DNA of 62,452 nucleotides, from NCBI GenBank assembly GCA_036742665.1, contig DAINQP010000006.1:1-62452 (forward strand), read 5' to 3'. Below, one piece after another: positions 11,429-21,370 of this stretch. The DNA is from Vicinamibacterales bacterium. GTDB lineage: Bacteria > Acidobacteriota > Vicinamibacteria > Vicinamibacterales > UBA2999. Each line of letters opens with the position of its first letter. Positions within the stretch are counted from its first letter, which is position 1. The notes beneath the pieces are model-generated. The model worked only from the letters and a program-made list of their open reading frames with translations. It was not told the DNA's origin and did no database searches. The position numbers and the translations under genes are program-made.

Positions 11429-11628
11429 TACAATGCCACGCCGTACCGCCCATCGCCACCTTGCGCGAGAAAGCCGGCGCGCAAGAGCTGTGAGAGCACG
11501 CGCTCGGACATCGCGAGATCGAGACCGAGAAACGCCGCGGCTTCACGCGTCGTCAGCCGGAGATCAGGGGCCGCCTCGAACTCTTCGCGGATCCATTGCA
11601 AGAGTTTTCGAAAGGACTTCATTTCCAT
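11428..11628 (-). CDS. Small winged-helix-like hypothetical protein (66 aa)
   Basis: IREEFEAAPDLRLTTREAAAFLGLD...VLSQLLRAGFLAQGGDGRY resembles a wHTH with wing. Confidence 0.6.
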   Translation of the reverse strand: MEMKSFRKLLQWIREEFEAAPDLRLTTREAAAFLGLDLAMSERVLSQLLRAGFLAQGGDGRYGVAL

Positions 11629-11689
11629 CAGAGTACCGGCGGCGCCGGCCCGCTTATGAATGAACGGATGAACGATGCAGGCCGACGCC

Positions 11690-11724
11690 GTTGAGCATTG
11701 GGCATTGAGCATTGCGCATTGAGC
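11690..11724. repeat. Heptamer tandem repeat CATTGNG x ~5
   Basis: ttgag cattggg cattgag cattgcg cattgag. Confidence 0.85.
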
Positions 11725-11725
11725 C

Positions 11726-12349
11726 TTATCGAATGACGTTGAGAATCACACCACCGTAAATGCGGTGTCCGTACCGCGTCTCCTGTCCGAAGAACGCTGG
11801 CGCATCGTCCTTGGACTGCACCGCGATGAAGCGATAGTCGCCGCGCAGACCCCAGCGGCCGGCGTACCACTTCACGCCGCCGCCGACGTTGCCTGTGAGA
11901 AACGTGGTGGTGCCGTTGACGCCGACCTCGGCACGCTCGAACAGGCTTAAGCCGCCGAGACCCGCGGTCGCATACGGCACGACCGAGCCGCGGCCGGCCG
12001 AAACGATCAGGTTGCCGCTGTAGTTCAAAAAGTGTGGCGTCTTCACATCGGCCGTGCCGGTGACGAAATCGAGACTCTGGGAGACGCCCAGCAATCCGCT
12101 GACCTCGCCTTCGACGCCGACGAACCGATTGAAGTTCACCGTTGCACTGCCGCCGAGGTCGTAGTTGCCGAAGCTGGGACTGTTGCTGTCGCTCGCTTCG
12201 GTGAAGAACGTGGCGCCCCCAGGAATGATCGTGATCTCGAACGTGCCAGGACCAGGCACCGACTCCTGGGTCTGAGCCTGTGCACGGTCAACGCCAACAA
12301 GTGAGATGAGTGCAAGTACTGCGATCCAACGTGACATGACTACCTCCAT
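11726..12349 (-). CDS. Outer-membrane beta-barrel protein (OmpA-like transmembrane / porin family)
   Basis: GGAGG before ATG; signal peptide; alternating beta-strand pattern (VPYATAGLG, GNVGGGVKWY, GLRGDYRF). Confidence 0.8.
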   Translation of the reverse strand: MEVVMSRWIAVLALISLVGVDRAQAQTQESVPGPGTFEITIIPGGATFFTEASDSNSPSFGNYDLGGSATVNFNRFVGVEGEVSGLLGVSQSLDFVTGTADVKTPHFLNYSGNLIVSAGRGSVVPYATAGLGGLSLFERAEVGVNGTTTFLTGNVGGGVKWYAGRWGLRGDYRFIAVQSKDDAPAFFGQETRYGHRIYGGVILNVIR

Positions 12350-12372
12350 GTAGTGTCCGGCTTGAGCCGGAC
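12350..12372. repeat. GTAG-type REP palindrome
   Basis: gtagt gtccggct tg agccggac, an 8-bp stem. Confidence 0.75.
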
Positions 12373-12388
12373 CCTTTACTGCCCGCCT

Positions 12389-13804
12389 TTACGAGATCGG
12401 GATTCCGCCGAGAGCCTTGTAGACCGCGATGACGCTCGTGAACACGCCAGCCTCGGCTTGCGCGACGGCGTCCTCTGCCTGTAGCTGTGTGCGTTCCGCG
12501 TCGAGCAGCGCCAGGAAATCGACGACGCCCGCTTGATACCGCGTCCGCGCGATCGTCGCGGCGCGTGTGCTCTCGCGAGCCTGATCGGCCAGTCTCACCA
12601 GCCGCTCCTGTTCTTCGCGATAGTTCACGAGTGCGTTCTCGGTCTCCTCGATCGCCCGCAGGACGACCTGCTCGAACTCGGCGATCGACTCGCGCGTCGC
12701 GCCTTCCGCGCCGCGCAGCCGTGCGCGCGCGCTGCCGATATCGAACGCCGCCCAGCTGAGCGCGGGCGTCACCGCCCAGGCGCGCGAATCGGAGACGTTG
12801 AAGAAGCCGCTGCCACGTCCGGCCAACAGGCCAAGGAATCCGCTGATACTGATCTGCGGAAAGAGCTCGGCGGCGGCGACGCCCTCCCGACCCGTCGCTG
12901 ACGCCAGCCGCCGTTCGGCAGCGCGCACGTCGGGCCGTCGTCGCAAGAGCGATCCCGGCTCGCCGATGGCCAGCGCCTTGGTCAGTGGCGGATAGACACG
13001 GGGTGCGAGATCGACACCGAGGCCGCCCGGCCGCACGCCGATCAACACCGCGAGGTGATGTTCACGCTGCGCGATCGCACTTCGGATCGGCGGGAGGCTG
13101 GCTTCAATCGCGGCGACGCGTGCCGCCGCGCTCGCGACATCCTGTTCCTCACCGATGCCCGCATCGCGCCTGACCGTCGTGAGTCGCAGCGTCTCGCGCT
13201 GGTTGAGCAGGCTCCGCTCGGCGACCGCCAGCTGCTGCTGGAGACCACGCAGCTCGAAATAGTTCCGTGCCACTTCCGCGGCCACGCTCACGCGAACATC
13301 GTCAACGTCGGCCTCGAAGCTCTCGGCGTTGGCCGCGGCCGCTCGCACCTGCGAGCGGACGCGGCCAAACACGTCGATTTCCCAGAATGCATCGAAGCCG
13401 GCGCGATACGTCGTGATGGGACGGGGTCGTTCCGAAAAACCTGGAATCGCCTGATCCCTTCGATCGACGCTCGCGCCGACTACGGCCGTTGGAAAACGAT
13501 CGAGCGCGACATCGTCAAAGAAGGCGCGCGCTTGATCGACCCGGGCAACGGCCATTCGCACATCGTGATTGGCCGCCAGTGCTCGCCCGACCAGCTCGTC
13601 GAGCACCGGATCCTCGAACTGCTGCCACCAACGCGGGTCGAACGGCTGTTCCACTGTCAACGCCGTGTCCACGTGACTCAGCACCGCGGGCTCGACGTTG
13701 GGCGCGACGTAGGGCCTGCGCACACCGCACGCGGCCGCCGTCACAATCACCATTCCGTAGAGCGCGGTCTTCAGACCGCGCGTGAAGATGCGACGCATGA
13801 TCAA
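12389..13804 (-). CDS. RND efflux outer-membrane lipoprotein (NodT/OprN family)
   Basis: Lipobox AAAC, WWQQFEDP, RRPDVRAAERRLA, VYKALGG. Confidence 0.93.
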   Translation of the reverse strand: MIMRRIFTRGLKTALYGMVIVTAAACGVRRPYVAPNVEPAVLSHVDTALTVEQPFDPRWWQQFEDPVLDELVGRALAANHDVRMAVARVDQARAFFDDVALDRFPTAVVGASVDRRDQAIPGFSERPRPITTYRAGFDAFWEIDVFGRVRSQVRAAAANAESFEADVDDVRVSVAAEVARNYFELRGLQQQLAVAERSLLNQRETLRLTTVRRDAGIGEEQDVASAAARVAAIEASLPPIRSAIAQREHHLAVLIGVRPGGLGVDLAPRVYPPLTKALAIGEPGSLLRRRPDVRAAERRLASATGREGVAAAELFPQISISGFLGLLAGRGSGFFNVSDSRAWAVTPALSWAAFDIGSARARLRGAEGATRESIAEFEQVVLRAIEETENALVNYREEQERLVRLADQARESTRAATIARTRYQAGVVDFLALLDAERTQLQAEDAVAQAEAGVFTSVIAVYKALGGIPIS

Positions 13805-16800
13805 TTCCTCTCCGCCGGTGCGGCGACCGCCAGAACCGGCGTAGTCGGCTGCACAGCGCCGCCTCTACGCGCGTGCAGCCGACGATGCGTGAGCCGGCTG
13901 ATAACGACGTAGAACACTGGAGTCAGGAAGAGACCGAACAGCGTGACGCCAAGCATCCCGGCGAACACCGCGATGCCCATCGCCTGACGGATCTCGAAGC
14001 CCGCTCCAGACGAAAAGACCAGCGGCACCACGCCCATGACGAACGCCATCGACGTCATCAGAATCGGGCGCAGCCGGATGCGGCACGCCGCCAGGATGGC
14101 GTCGATCGTGGACTCCCCTTCTTCCTCGCGCTGCTTCGCGAACTCGACGATCAGAATCGCGTTCTTGCACGCGAGCCCGGCGAGCACGAGGAAGCTGATT
14201 TGCGTGAATACGTTGTTGTCGCCGCCGGTCAGCCAGACACCGGCAATCGCCGAGAACAACGTCATCGGGACGATCAGGATCACCGACAGCGGCAGCGTCC
14301 AGCTCTCGTACTGCGCCGCGAGGACCACGTAGACGAGCAGCACGCAGAGCGGGAATACCAGCAGCATCGTGTTGCCCGCGAGCAGCTCCTGATAGGCGAG
14401 TTCGGTCCACTCGAAGGTCATGCCCGGCGGCAGTTCGGCACGCAGCGTGTCGGCAATCGCCGTCTGCGCCTGCCCCGAGCTGAATCCCGGCGCCGGACCG
14501 CCGTTGATCTCGGCGGCCGGATAGCCGTTGTAGTGCATCACCTGGTCGGGCCCGTAGCTGCGCGACACGGTGACGAGCGATCCGAGCGGCACCATATCGC
14601 CGCGCGCGTTGCGGGTCTCGAGCCGACGGATCTGTTCAGGCTGCAGACGGAACTCCGATTCAGCCTGGGCGTTGACCTGATACGTGCGGCCGAAACGGTT
14701 GAAGTCGTTGACGTACAGCGAGCCGAGGTACACCTGCAGCGTCTCGAAGACGTCGGTCAACTGCACGCCGTAGCTCTTCACGCGCTCGCGATCGACGTCA
14801 GCCTGGATCTGCGGCACGCTCACCTGGAAGCTCGAAAACAGGCCGGCCAACGACGGCTGTTTCTGCGCCTTTGCGATCCCGTTCTGGAGCTGTGCGTAAA
14901 GGTCTTCGAAGCCGGTGCCGGCGCGATCCTCGACATACAGCTTGAAGCCGCCGACTTGCCCGAGCCCCTGCACTGGCGGTGGCGGAAAGATGGCGACGAT
15001 GGCTTCCTGGATCTCACCGAAGAACTGACCGTTGAGCTGCTGCACAATGGCATCGGCTCTCAGGTCGCGGCTCGTGCGCTCTTCCGCCGGCTTCAACACG
15101 ACGAAGGCAATGCCCGCATTAGGCGCATTCACGAAACCGTTGATGGACAAACCGGGAAACGCCACCGAGCTGAGGACGCCCGCATGCTTGAGCGCGATCG
15201 ACGACATCTTGCGAATGACGGCGTCGGTGCGATCGAGCGTGGCACCGTCAGGCAACTGTGCGAACGCGACCAGATACTCCTTGTCCTGCGTGGGCACGAA
15301 CCCCGGCGGCACGCTCGAAAACCCAGTCGTCGTCAGGCCGATGAGGCCTACGTAGAGGACGATCGCCACCGAGGACACGCGCAGGACGCGGCCGACGCCC
15401 GCGCTGTAGGCGCTCGAGCCGCGCGCGAAGAACCGATTGAACGCCCGGAAGAACCATCCGAAGAGACGATCCGCTGCGCGCTGCACCACATCGTGCGACG
15501 CCTCACGCGGCTTGAGCAGACGGGACGCCAGCGCAGGGCTCAGCGTGAGTGAGTTGAAGGCCGAGATGACGGTCGAGATTGCAATCGTCAGCGCGAACTG
15601 CCGGTAGAACTGCCCGGTGAGGCCGCTGACAAACGCCGTCGGAACGAAGACGGCGCAGAGCACGAGCGCAATCGCGATGATCGGACCCGACACCTCCTCC
15701 ATCGCTTTCCGCGTGGCCTCGAGTGGCGGTAGACCGAGCTCGATATGGCGCTCGACGTTCTCGACGACGACAATCGCATCATCAACGACGATGCCTATCG
15801 ACAGGACGAGACCGAAGAGCGACAACGTGTTGAGCGAGAAGCCCAACCCCAGCATCACGGCGAACGTGCCGATGAGCGATACGGGTACGGCGACGAGCGG
15901 GATGATCGAGGCGCGCCACGTCTGCAGGAAGACCATGACGACGATCACGACGAGCAGAATCGCTTCGAACAACGTTTCGACCACCGCCGTGATCGAGTTG
16001 CGGACGAAGACGGTCGGGTCGTAAACGATCTTGTAGTCCACACCCTCGGGAAACTCCTGCTTCAGCCGCGCCATCGTCTGGCGCACCTGGTCCGACGCTT
16101 CGATGGCGTTCGTGCCTGGCCGCTGGAAGATGCCGATAGCGACCGCCGGTTGGTTATCAAGCAGGGCGCGCAGCGCGTACTGATTTGCGCCCAACTCGAC
16201 CCGTCCGACGTCGCGCACGTGGGTGATCTGTCCGTCAGGAGTCGCTCGGACGACGATGTCGGCGAATTCGTCCTCAGTCGTGAGCCGGCCGCGTGTGTTG
16301 ACCGACAACTGGAAGGTCGTGTCCACGGGCGCCGGCTGTGCGCCGAGGACACCGGCCGCGACCTGTACGTTCTGCTCACGGATCGCGCGAACGACGTCCG
16401 ATGTCGTCAGGCGTCTGGACGCGAGGCGATCGGGATCGAGCCAGACCCGCATGCTGTACTCGCCGGCGCCAAACACCTGCGCGCTGCCCACACCGGTGAT
16501 GCGTGTCAGTTCGTCCTTGACTCGCAGGTTGGCGAAGTTTGAGAGGTAGAGCTGGTCGTAGCGGCCGCTCGGCGAGACGAGGTGCACCACCATGATGAAG
16601 TCGGGCGTGGACTTCTCCGTCACCACACCGATGCGCTGCACTTCGGACGGCAGTCGCGGCAGCGCCTGCGCCACGCGGTTCTGCACCTGCACTTGCGCGT
16701 TATCGAGGTCGGTGCCGAGTGCGAAGGTGACGGTCAGTTGCATCCGGCCGTCGGAGGTTGCCTGCGAGAACATATAGAGCATGTCCTCGATGCCGTTGAT

Positions 16801-17010
16801 CTGCTGCTCGAGGGGCGAGGCCACCGTTTCGGCGATGATCTTCGGATTCGCCCCTGGGTAGGTGGCACGCACGACGACTGTCGGAGGCACCACCTGCGGG
16901 TACTCGCTGATCGGCAGCCGCACGAGCGCGAGCGCTCCAGCAACCACGATCACCAGCGACAGCACGGCCGCAAAGATCGGCCGATCCACAAAGAACTTCG
17001 AGAATCTCAT
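13801..17010 (-). CDS. RND efflux permease (HAE1, MexF-like)
   Basis: 1069 aa; FFVDRPIFA, GIVVDDAIVVVENVER, GLACKNAILIVEFA, RLRPILMTS. Confidence 0.96.
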   Translation of the reverse strand: MRFSKFFVDRPIFAAVLSLVIVVAGALALVRLPISEYPQVVPPTVVVRATYPGANPKIIAETVASPLEQQINGIEDMLYMFSQATSDGRMQLTVTFALGTDLDNAQVQVQNRVAQALPRLPSEVQRIGVVTEKSTPDFIMVVHLVSPSGRYDQLYLSNFANLRVKDELTRITGVGSAQVFGAGEYSMRVWLDPDRLASRRLTTSDVVRAIREQNVQVAAGVLGAQPAPVDTTFQLSVNTRGRLTTEDEFADIVVRATPDGQITHVRDVGRVELGANQYALRALLDNQPAVAIGIFQRPGTNAIEASDQVRQTMARLKQEFPEGVDYKIVYDPTVFVRNSITAVVETLFEAILLVVIVVMVFLQTWRASIIPLVAVPVSLIGTFAVMLGLGFSLNTLSLFGLVLSIGIVVDDAIVVVENVERHIELGLPPLEATRKAMEEVSGPIIAIALVLCAVFVPTAFVSGLTGQFYRQFALTIAISTVISAFNSLTLSPALASRLLKPREASHDVVQRAADRLFGWFFRAFNRFFARGSSAYSAGVGRVLRVSSVAIVLYVGLIGLTTTGFSSVPPGFVPTQDKEYLVAFAQLPDGATLDRTDAVIRKMSSIALKHAGVLSSVAFPGLSINGFVNAPNAGIAFVVLKPAEERTSRDLRADAIVQQLNGQFFGEIQEAIVAIFPPPPVQGLGQVGGFKLYVEDRAGTGFEDLYAQLQNGIAKAQKQPSLAGLFSSFQVSVPQIQADVDRERVKSYGVQLTDVFETLQVYLGSLYVNDFNRFGRTYQVNAQAESEFRLQPEQIRRLETRNARGDMVPLGSLVTVSRSYGPDQVMHYNGYPAAEINGGPAPGFSSGQAQTAIADTLRAELPPGMTFEWTELAYQELLAGNTMLLVFPLCVLLVYVVLAAQYESWTLPLSVILIVPMTLFSAIAGVWLTGGDNNVFTQISFLVLAGLACKNAILIVEFAKQREEEGESTIDAILAACRIRLRPILMTSMAFVMGVVPLVFSSGAGFEIRQAMGIAVFAGMLGVTLFGLFLTPVFYVVISRLTHRRLHARRGGAVQPTTPVLAVAAPAERN

Positions 17011-18185
17011 GATGAGTGATCCGTCGCCTCGACGACGGGAGTGACCTGCACTCCTGGGCGAACCCGCTGGAGACCATTCACGACGACCGACTCGCCCCCC
17101 TCCAGCCCAGTACGAACGACGCGAAGGCCATCGACGATGGGGCCGAGCGTCACGCTGCGGTACTGAATCTCGTTCTTCGGACCGACGACGTAGACGAACT
17201 TCTTGCTCAGGTCGGTACCGACGGCGCGGTCTTCGATCAGCAGGCCGCGATACGACGCCGTACCGGCGAGACGTAGCCGCACGAACAGACCAGGCGTGAG
17301 CTGACCATCGCTGTTGCGGAAGACCGCTCGCCCGCGAATCGTGCCCGTCGCACCATCGAGCTGGTTGTCAACAAAGTCGAGATGACCCAGCCGCGGGAAG
17401 CTCTCGTCATTGGCCAGAGCCATGCGAATCGGCAGCTCTGTGCCGCGACCGCCGACGTTCCGGAGGGCCGGTCCTTTCGGACCGGCCGCCGACGTGTACT
17501 TCAAGAAGACCTGCTCGTCGGCATCGAAGTAGGCGTAGACGGGATCGAGCGAGACGATGGTCGTGAGCAACGTGGCTTCGCCCGGTCCGCTCGAGACCAG
17601 ATTGCCTTCGGTGACGATCGCGCGGCCGACGCGGCCGTCGATCGGTGAGGTGACCTTCGTGAATTCGAGATTCAACTCCGCTGCACGCAGTGCAGCCTCG
17701 ACAGCTGCCGATTGCGCCGTCGACTCCTGCGCGAACGCCGCACGACGATCGTGCTCTTCTTTGGCGATGGCGTTCTCGGCGCGAAGGTGCTCGGCAGTCT
17801 GGAGCTCTGACGCGGCACGCTGGCCGGTCGCGCGGGCGCGACTGAGCTCGGCGCGAAGACGATCCACTTCGGCCTGGAACGGACGCGGGTCGATCTCGAA
17901 GAGCGGATCGCCGCGTCGGACGATGGCGCCTTCCTGGAACCGCACCGCAGCAATCAGACCGGAGACGCGCGGGCGCACTTCGACGGAATCGACCGCCTGC
18001 AACCGTCCGGTGAATTCATCCCATTCGGTCACATCGCGTTCGATGACACTGGCCACGGTGACCTGTGGCGGCGGGGGCGGGGCGGGCTGCGCCGATGTCT
18101 CTACGCAGCCGGCCGCGAGAACGATCACGGCGAGCGGCGCCAGCAGGCGCCGGCCACGCCGAATAACAGTGTGAGAGTGAGTCAT
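17007..18185 (-). CDS. RND periplasmic adaptor (MFP, MexE-like lipoprotein)
   Basis: Lipobox AAGC, VEVRPRVSG, SPIDGRVG, PGLFVR; 4-nt overlap with the permease gene. Confidence 0.94.
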   Translation of the reverse strand: MTHSHTVIRRGRRLLAPLAVIVLAAGCVETSAQPAPPPPPQVTVASVIERDVTEWDEFTGRLQAVDSVEVRPRVSGLIAAVRFQEGAIVRRGDPLFEIDPRPFQAEVDRLRAELSRARATGQRAASELQTAEHLRAENAIAKEEHDRRAAFAQESTAQSAAVEAALRAAELNLEFTKVTSPIDGRVGRAIVTEGNLVSSGPGEATLLTTIVSLDPVYAYFDADEQVFLKYTSAAGPKGPALRNVGGRGTELPIRMALANDESFPRLGHLDFVDNQLDGATGTIRGRAVFRNSDGQLTPGLFVRLRLAGTASYRGLLIEDRAVGTDLSKKFVYVVGPKNEIQYRSVTLGPIVDGLRVVRTGLEGGESVVVNGLQRVRPGVQVTPVVEATDHSS

Positions 18186-18370
18186 ACGCTATGCAGTCTC
18201 GCGCTCGGAGACACGCTCACACAATCGGGCAGTGGCCGCAGATTGGCCTCCCGCTTGCGCATCAGGTGCAGGACCGACGTCCTATACAGGGAGGACTACG
18301 ACTTTTGGACGATGTGACACTCGGCCATGCGGGCCATCGCTGGCGGGCGCAACCTGCTCGATAATGGGGA

Positions 18371-19708
18371 GTGATGAAGGGTGAACCGATGGATACCGAT
18401 CTCGTCGTCTGCGACTCACACGAGGCGAGCTCACCGGCGGTTGACGCACGCGATGTGGACGCGCTGCGCACCGCGTTGACGCGCGAGAATCTCGAGCGGC
18501 GACGCGCCGAAGCCCTGGCAAAGATTCAGACGAACGTCGTGAAGTTCGCCGTCGATCTTCTGGTCCGTGAGCCCGACATCGAAGGATTCTTCCGCGCGCT
18601 GCTGAAAACGCTGGCCGAGGAGGGCGAAAGCCACAAGGTCACCGTCTGGCTGATCGACGAGGATCAAAAGGGCTGCGACGTCTGGATGGCGCATATCGAC
18701 GGCGAGGTCTTCACTGTCAGCAGTGCCGAGTGGAAGACGACGGAGTTTCCGCGTCAGACCTTTGGGCGTCATCTGTTTTCGTACGAGCCGGGCTGGCACC
18801 AGACAGTTGAGTACGGCATTGACGACGAGCGGATGCCCGCCAACGTACGAGACTTCGTCCGTCGGGAGGGGCTCAGCGTGACGCTGGTGGCGCCGCTCCT
18901 GATCAGCGACAAGAACCTGGGATGGATCACGCTCTGCAGCCGCGAGACCCGCGACTGCGGCGAGGGACAGTGGTGGCGCATCGCGCTGATCGAGGCGATC
19001 GCCAGGCAGGCGGCACTCGCGCTGCATCACAGCCGGATCGTCGAACTGAAGCGGGTAGAAGAGCGCCGCAAGGCGATCCTCGAGGAGCGCAACCGCCTCG
19101 CGCGCGACATCCATGACAACCTCGCGCAGGGATTCGCTGCGATTCTGATGCAGCTTCAGGGCGCACAGCGCGAAGCGTGCGTGTTGCCAGCGTCGGTCGC
19201 GCGGAGCATTGAGACCGCCGTCGATCTGGCGCGTACTCATCTCACCGAAGCGCGGCGATCGGTTGGCGCGCTGCGTCCGAACGTCGGGCCCGGCGAAGAC
19301 GTCAGCCGGGCCATCAAGCGGCTCGCCGAGCTCGGCCAGCGCACGACGACGGTGCCCATCGACGTCCAGGTGGACGAGTTGCCGCGATTCGGCGATGGCG
19401 TTGAGCGTGAAATCCTCGGCATCGCGCAGGAAGCGTTGGCCAACGCGGTCCGCCATTCGCGCGCGCAACGGATCACCATCAAGGCCGCGACGGTCAATTC
19501 GCTTGGTCTGCGTTTGTCGATTGCCGATGATGGGCGCGGCATCCCGCGCGAGCGGCCGACCACGGGATTTGGGTTGACCAGCATGCAGGAGCGCGCTGCT
19601 CGCATCGGCGCCTCGCTGACGATTGTCACGGCACCGCGCAGCGGCACCGAGGTGGTGCTCGCGTGGGAGCCCTCGTCGCTGCCGACACAAGTCTATGCCG
19701 TCAATTGA
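18371..19708 (+). CDS. Cytoplasmic GAF-domain sensor histidine kinase (HisKA_3 / NarX-like)
   Basis: EERNRLARDIHD H-box, QEALANAVRHS, DDGRG, GFGL..MQERA; no TM segments evident. Confidence 0.9.
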   Translation: MMKGEPMDTDLVVCDSHEASSPAVDARDVDALRTALTRENLERRRAEALAKIQTNVVKFAVDLLVREPDIEGFFRALLKTLAEEGESHKVTVWLIDEDQKGCDVWMAHIDGEVFTVSSAEWKTTEFPRQTFGRHLFSYEPGWHQTVEYGIDDERMPANVRDFVRREGLSVTLVAPLLISDKNLGWITLCSRETRDCGEGQWWRIALIEAIARQAALALHHSRIVELKRVEERRKAILEERNRLARDIHDNLAQGFAAILMQLQGAQREACVLPASVARSIETAVDLARTHLTEARRSVGALRPNVGPGEDVSRAIKRLAELGQRTTTVPIDVQVDELPRFGDGVEREILGIAQEALANAVRHSRAQRITIKAATVNSLGLRLSIADDGRGIPRERPTTGFGLTSMQERAARIGASLTIVTAPRSGTEVVLAWEPSSLPTQVYAVN

Positions 19709-20345
19709 AGCCGTCACGCGGACCACACCCGCCAGCGTCCTGCTCGTGGACGATCACGCCCTGCTCAGGACGGGTGTGGCCAACATCATCAATCAGGAAT
19801 CCGATCTGCGCGTCGTCGCCGAGGCCGGCAACGGCGTGGAGGCGCTCGAGGCGTACGACCGTCATCGTCCGGATGTGACGCTGCTCGATTTGCGAATGCC
19901 GGTGATGGAAGGTGTCGAGGTGGTGCAGCGGCTGCGCGAGCGCGATCCGCGCGCGCGCGTGATCATCCTGACCACCTACGACACTGACGACGAGATCTCC
20001 CGCGCCCTCAAGGCAGGCGCGAAGGCGTACGTGCTGAAGGACATCGCCGCCGACGCATTGATCGCGTGCATCCGCGACGTGCTCGCGGGCAAGACCTACC
20101 TGGCTCCTGCGGCGGCGGCAAAGCTGGCCGAGGGCGTCACGCGCGTGCAGCTGACGCCGCGCGAACTGGCGACGTTGCGTCTGCTGGCGGATGGCAAGTC
20201 CAACAAGGAGATCGCCAACTCCCTCGGCATCAGTGAGCGGACGGTGAAGACCCACCTGGGACACCTGTTCGAGAAGTTGGGGGTCACCAGCCGCACGGAA
20301 GCGGTGAAGGTGGCGACCCGTCGCGGTCTCGTCCGGTTAGGTTAG
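19695..20345 (+). CDS. NarL/LuxR-family response regulator
   Basis: LLVDDH, DVTLLDLRMP, LTPRE, SNKEIA...ISERTVKTH; real start ATG 19695 overlaps the kinase 3' end. Confidence 0.93.
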   Translation: MPSIEAVTRTTPASVLLVDDHALLRTGVANIINQESDLRVVAEAGNGVEALEAYDRHRPDVTLLDLRMPVMEGVEVVQRLRERDPRARVIILTTYDTDDEISRALKAGAKAYVLKDIAADALIACIRDVLAGKTYLAPAAAAKLAEGVTRVQLTPRELATLRLLADGKSNKEIANSLGISERTVKTHLGHLFEKLGVTSRTEAVKVATRRGLVRLG

Positions 20346-21370
20346 GCGACAGCTGTCACTAACGTTTGCGGCGTTGGCGGTAACGGCTGCGCACGCCGGT
20401 TCGAGAATCCAGCTCTTGCCAGCATCGCGTCGAGATCGCTGAACGGGTACGCCTCGCCACTCTCCGTCGCACCGAGCATCTGCATACTGAACGCCGCCGC
20501 AATCGGCGGCGATACGCGATCCTCGTTGGGCATGAACTCGACGACCGCGATCGTCGCGCCCGGCGTCATCGCCTGTCGCAGCCTGGTTAACAGAGACGTA
20601 TTCGTCGCCTTGTCGAAGTGGTGCAGGAAGTTCGGCACGAGCACGAGGTTAAACGCCGTCCCGAGTTCCACCTCGAAGGCACTGCCTGGAATCGTGTGAT
20701 ACCGGTCGGCCACGCCGAGCGCCGTCGCGTTCTCGACCGCCACTTTCAGCACGTCGGCCCAATCCGTGCCGTACACGGTGGCGGATGGATTCGCCTTCGC
20801 GACGCTCAGACCAAACAGTCCATGACCGGCAGCAACATCGAGCACCTTCTGTGGCTGGCCTGGTGTGGCAACGAGCGGTGCGACAAGTGCAGCGACCATT
20901 CCGAGAAACGGCGCCATCGAGCGCGCGAACTCCACCCACACCGGGTCGTTGGGACTGACCGTGCTCGTCGCTACCGTCCCGCCCTTACGCACCGCCCCGG
21001 CGATGTTGCGATAGCTGTTGACGATCCGCTCATGGGCGAGGAAGTTGGCGATCGAACCGATGTACGACGGCAAACGTTTATCGAGGAAGACGGCTGCGGT
21101 CGGCGAACACGTGTAGCGGCCGCCTTCTTTCCCGAGGAATCCGCGAACCGTCAAATAGTCACAGAGAATTCGCACGGCGCGCTCTGACGCGTTGGTGCGC
21201 TCGGCGATCGCCGATGCCGTCGCCGCACCGGCGGCAATGTGTGTGAAGACGTCCAGCTCGATGGCGCCTTTGAGCGCCTCGGTCAGCTGGAACGCGCAGA
21301 GGGCGTCCAGGATGGCGCCCGGATCCGGAGGCGGAGATGGGGATGACACGAAGGAGTCGCCCGCGTTCAA
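20342..21370 (-). CDS. SAM-dependent O-methyltransferase (Methyltransf_2 with dimerisation domain)
   Basis: AIELDVFTHI dimerisation helix, VLDVAAGHG SAM motif, NFLHHFD. Confidence 0.88.
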   Translation of the reverse strand: MNAGDSFVSSPSPPPDPGAILDALCAFQLTEALKGAIELDVFTHIAAGAATASAIAERTNASERAVRILCDYLTVRGFLGKEGGRYTCSPTAAVFLDKRLPSYIGSIANFLAHERIVNSYRNIAGAVRKGGTVATSTVSPNDPVWVEFARSMAPFLGMVAALVAPLVATPGQPQKVLDVAAGHGLFGLSVAKANPSATVYGTDWADVLKVAVENATALGVADRYHTIPGSAFEVELGTAFNLVLVPNFLHHFDKATNTSLLTRLRQAMTPGATIAVVEFMPNEDRVSPPIAAAFSMQMLGATESGEAYPFSDLDAMLARAGFSNRRAQPLPPTPQTLVTAVA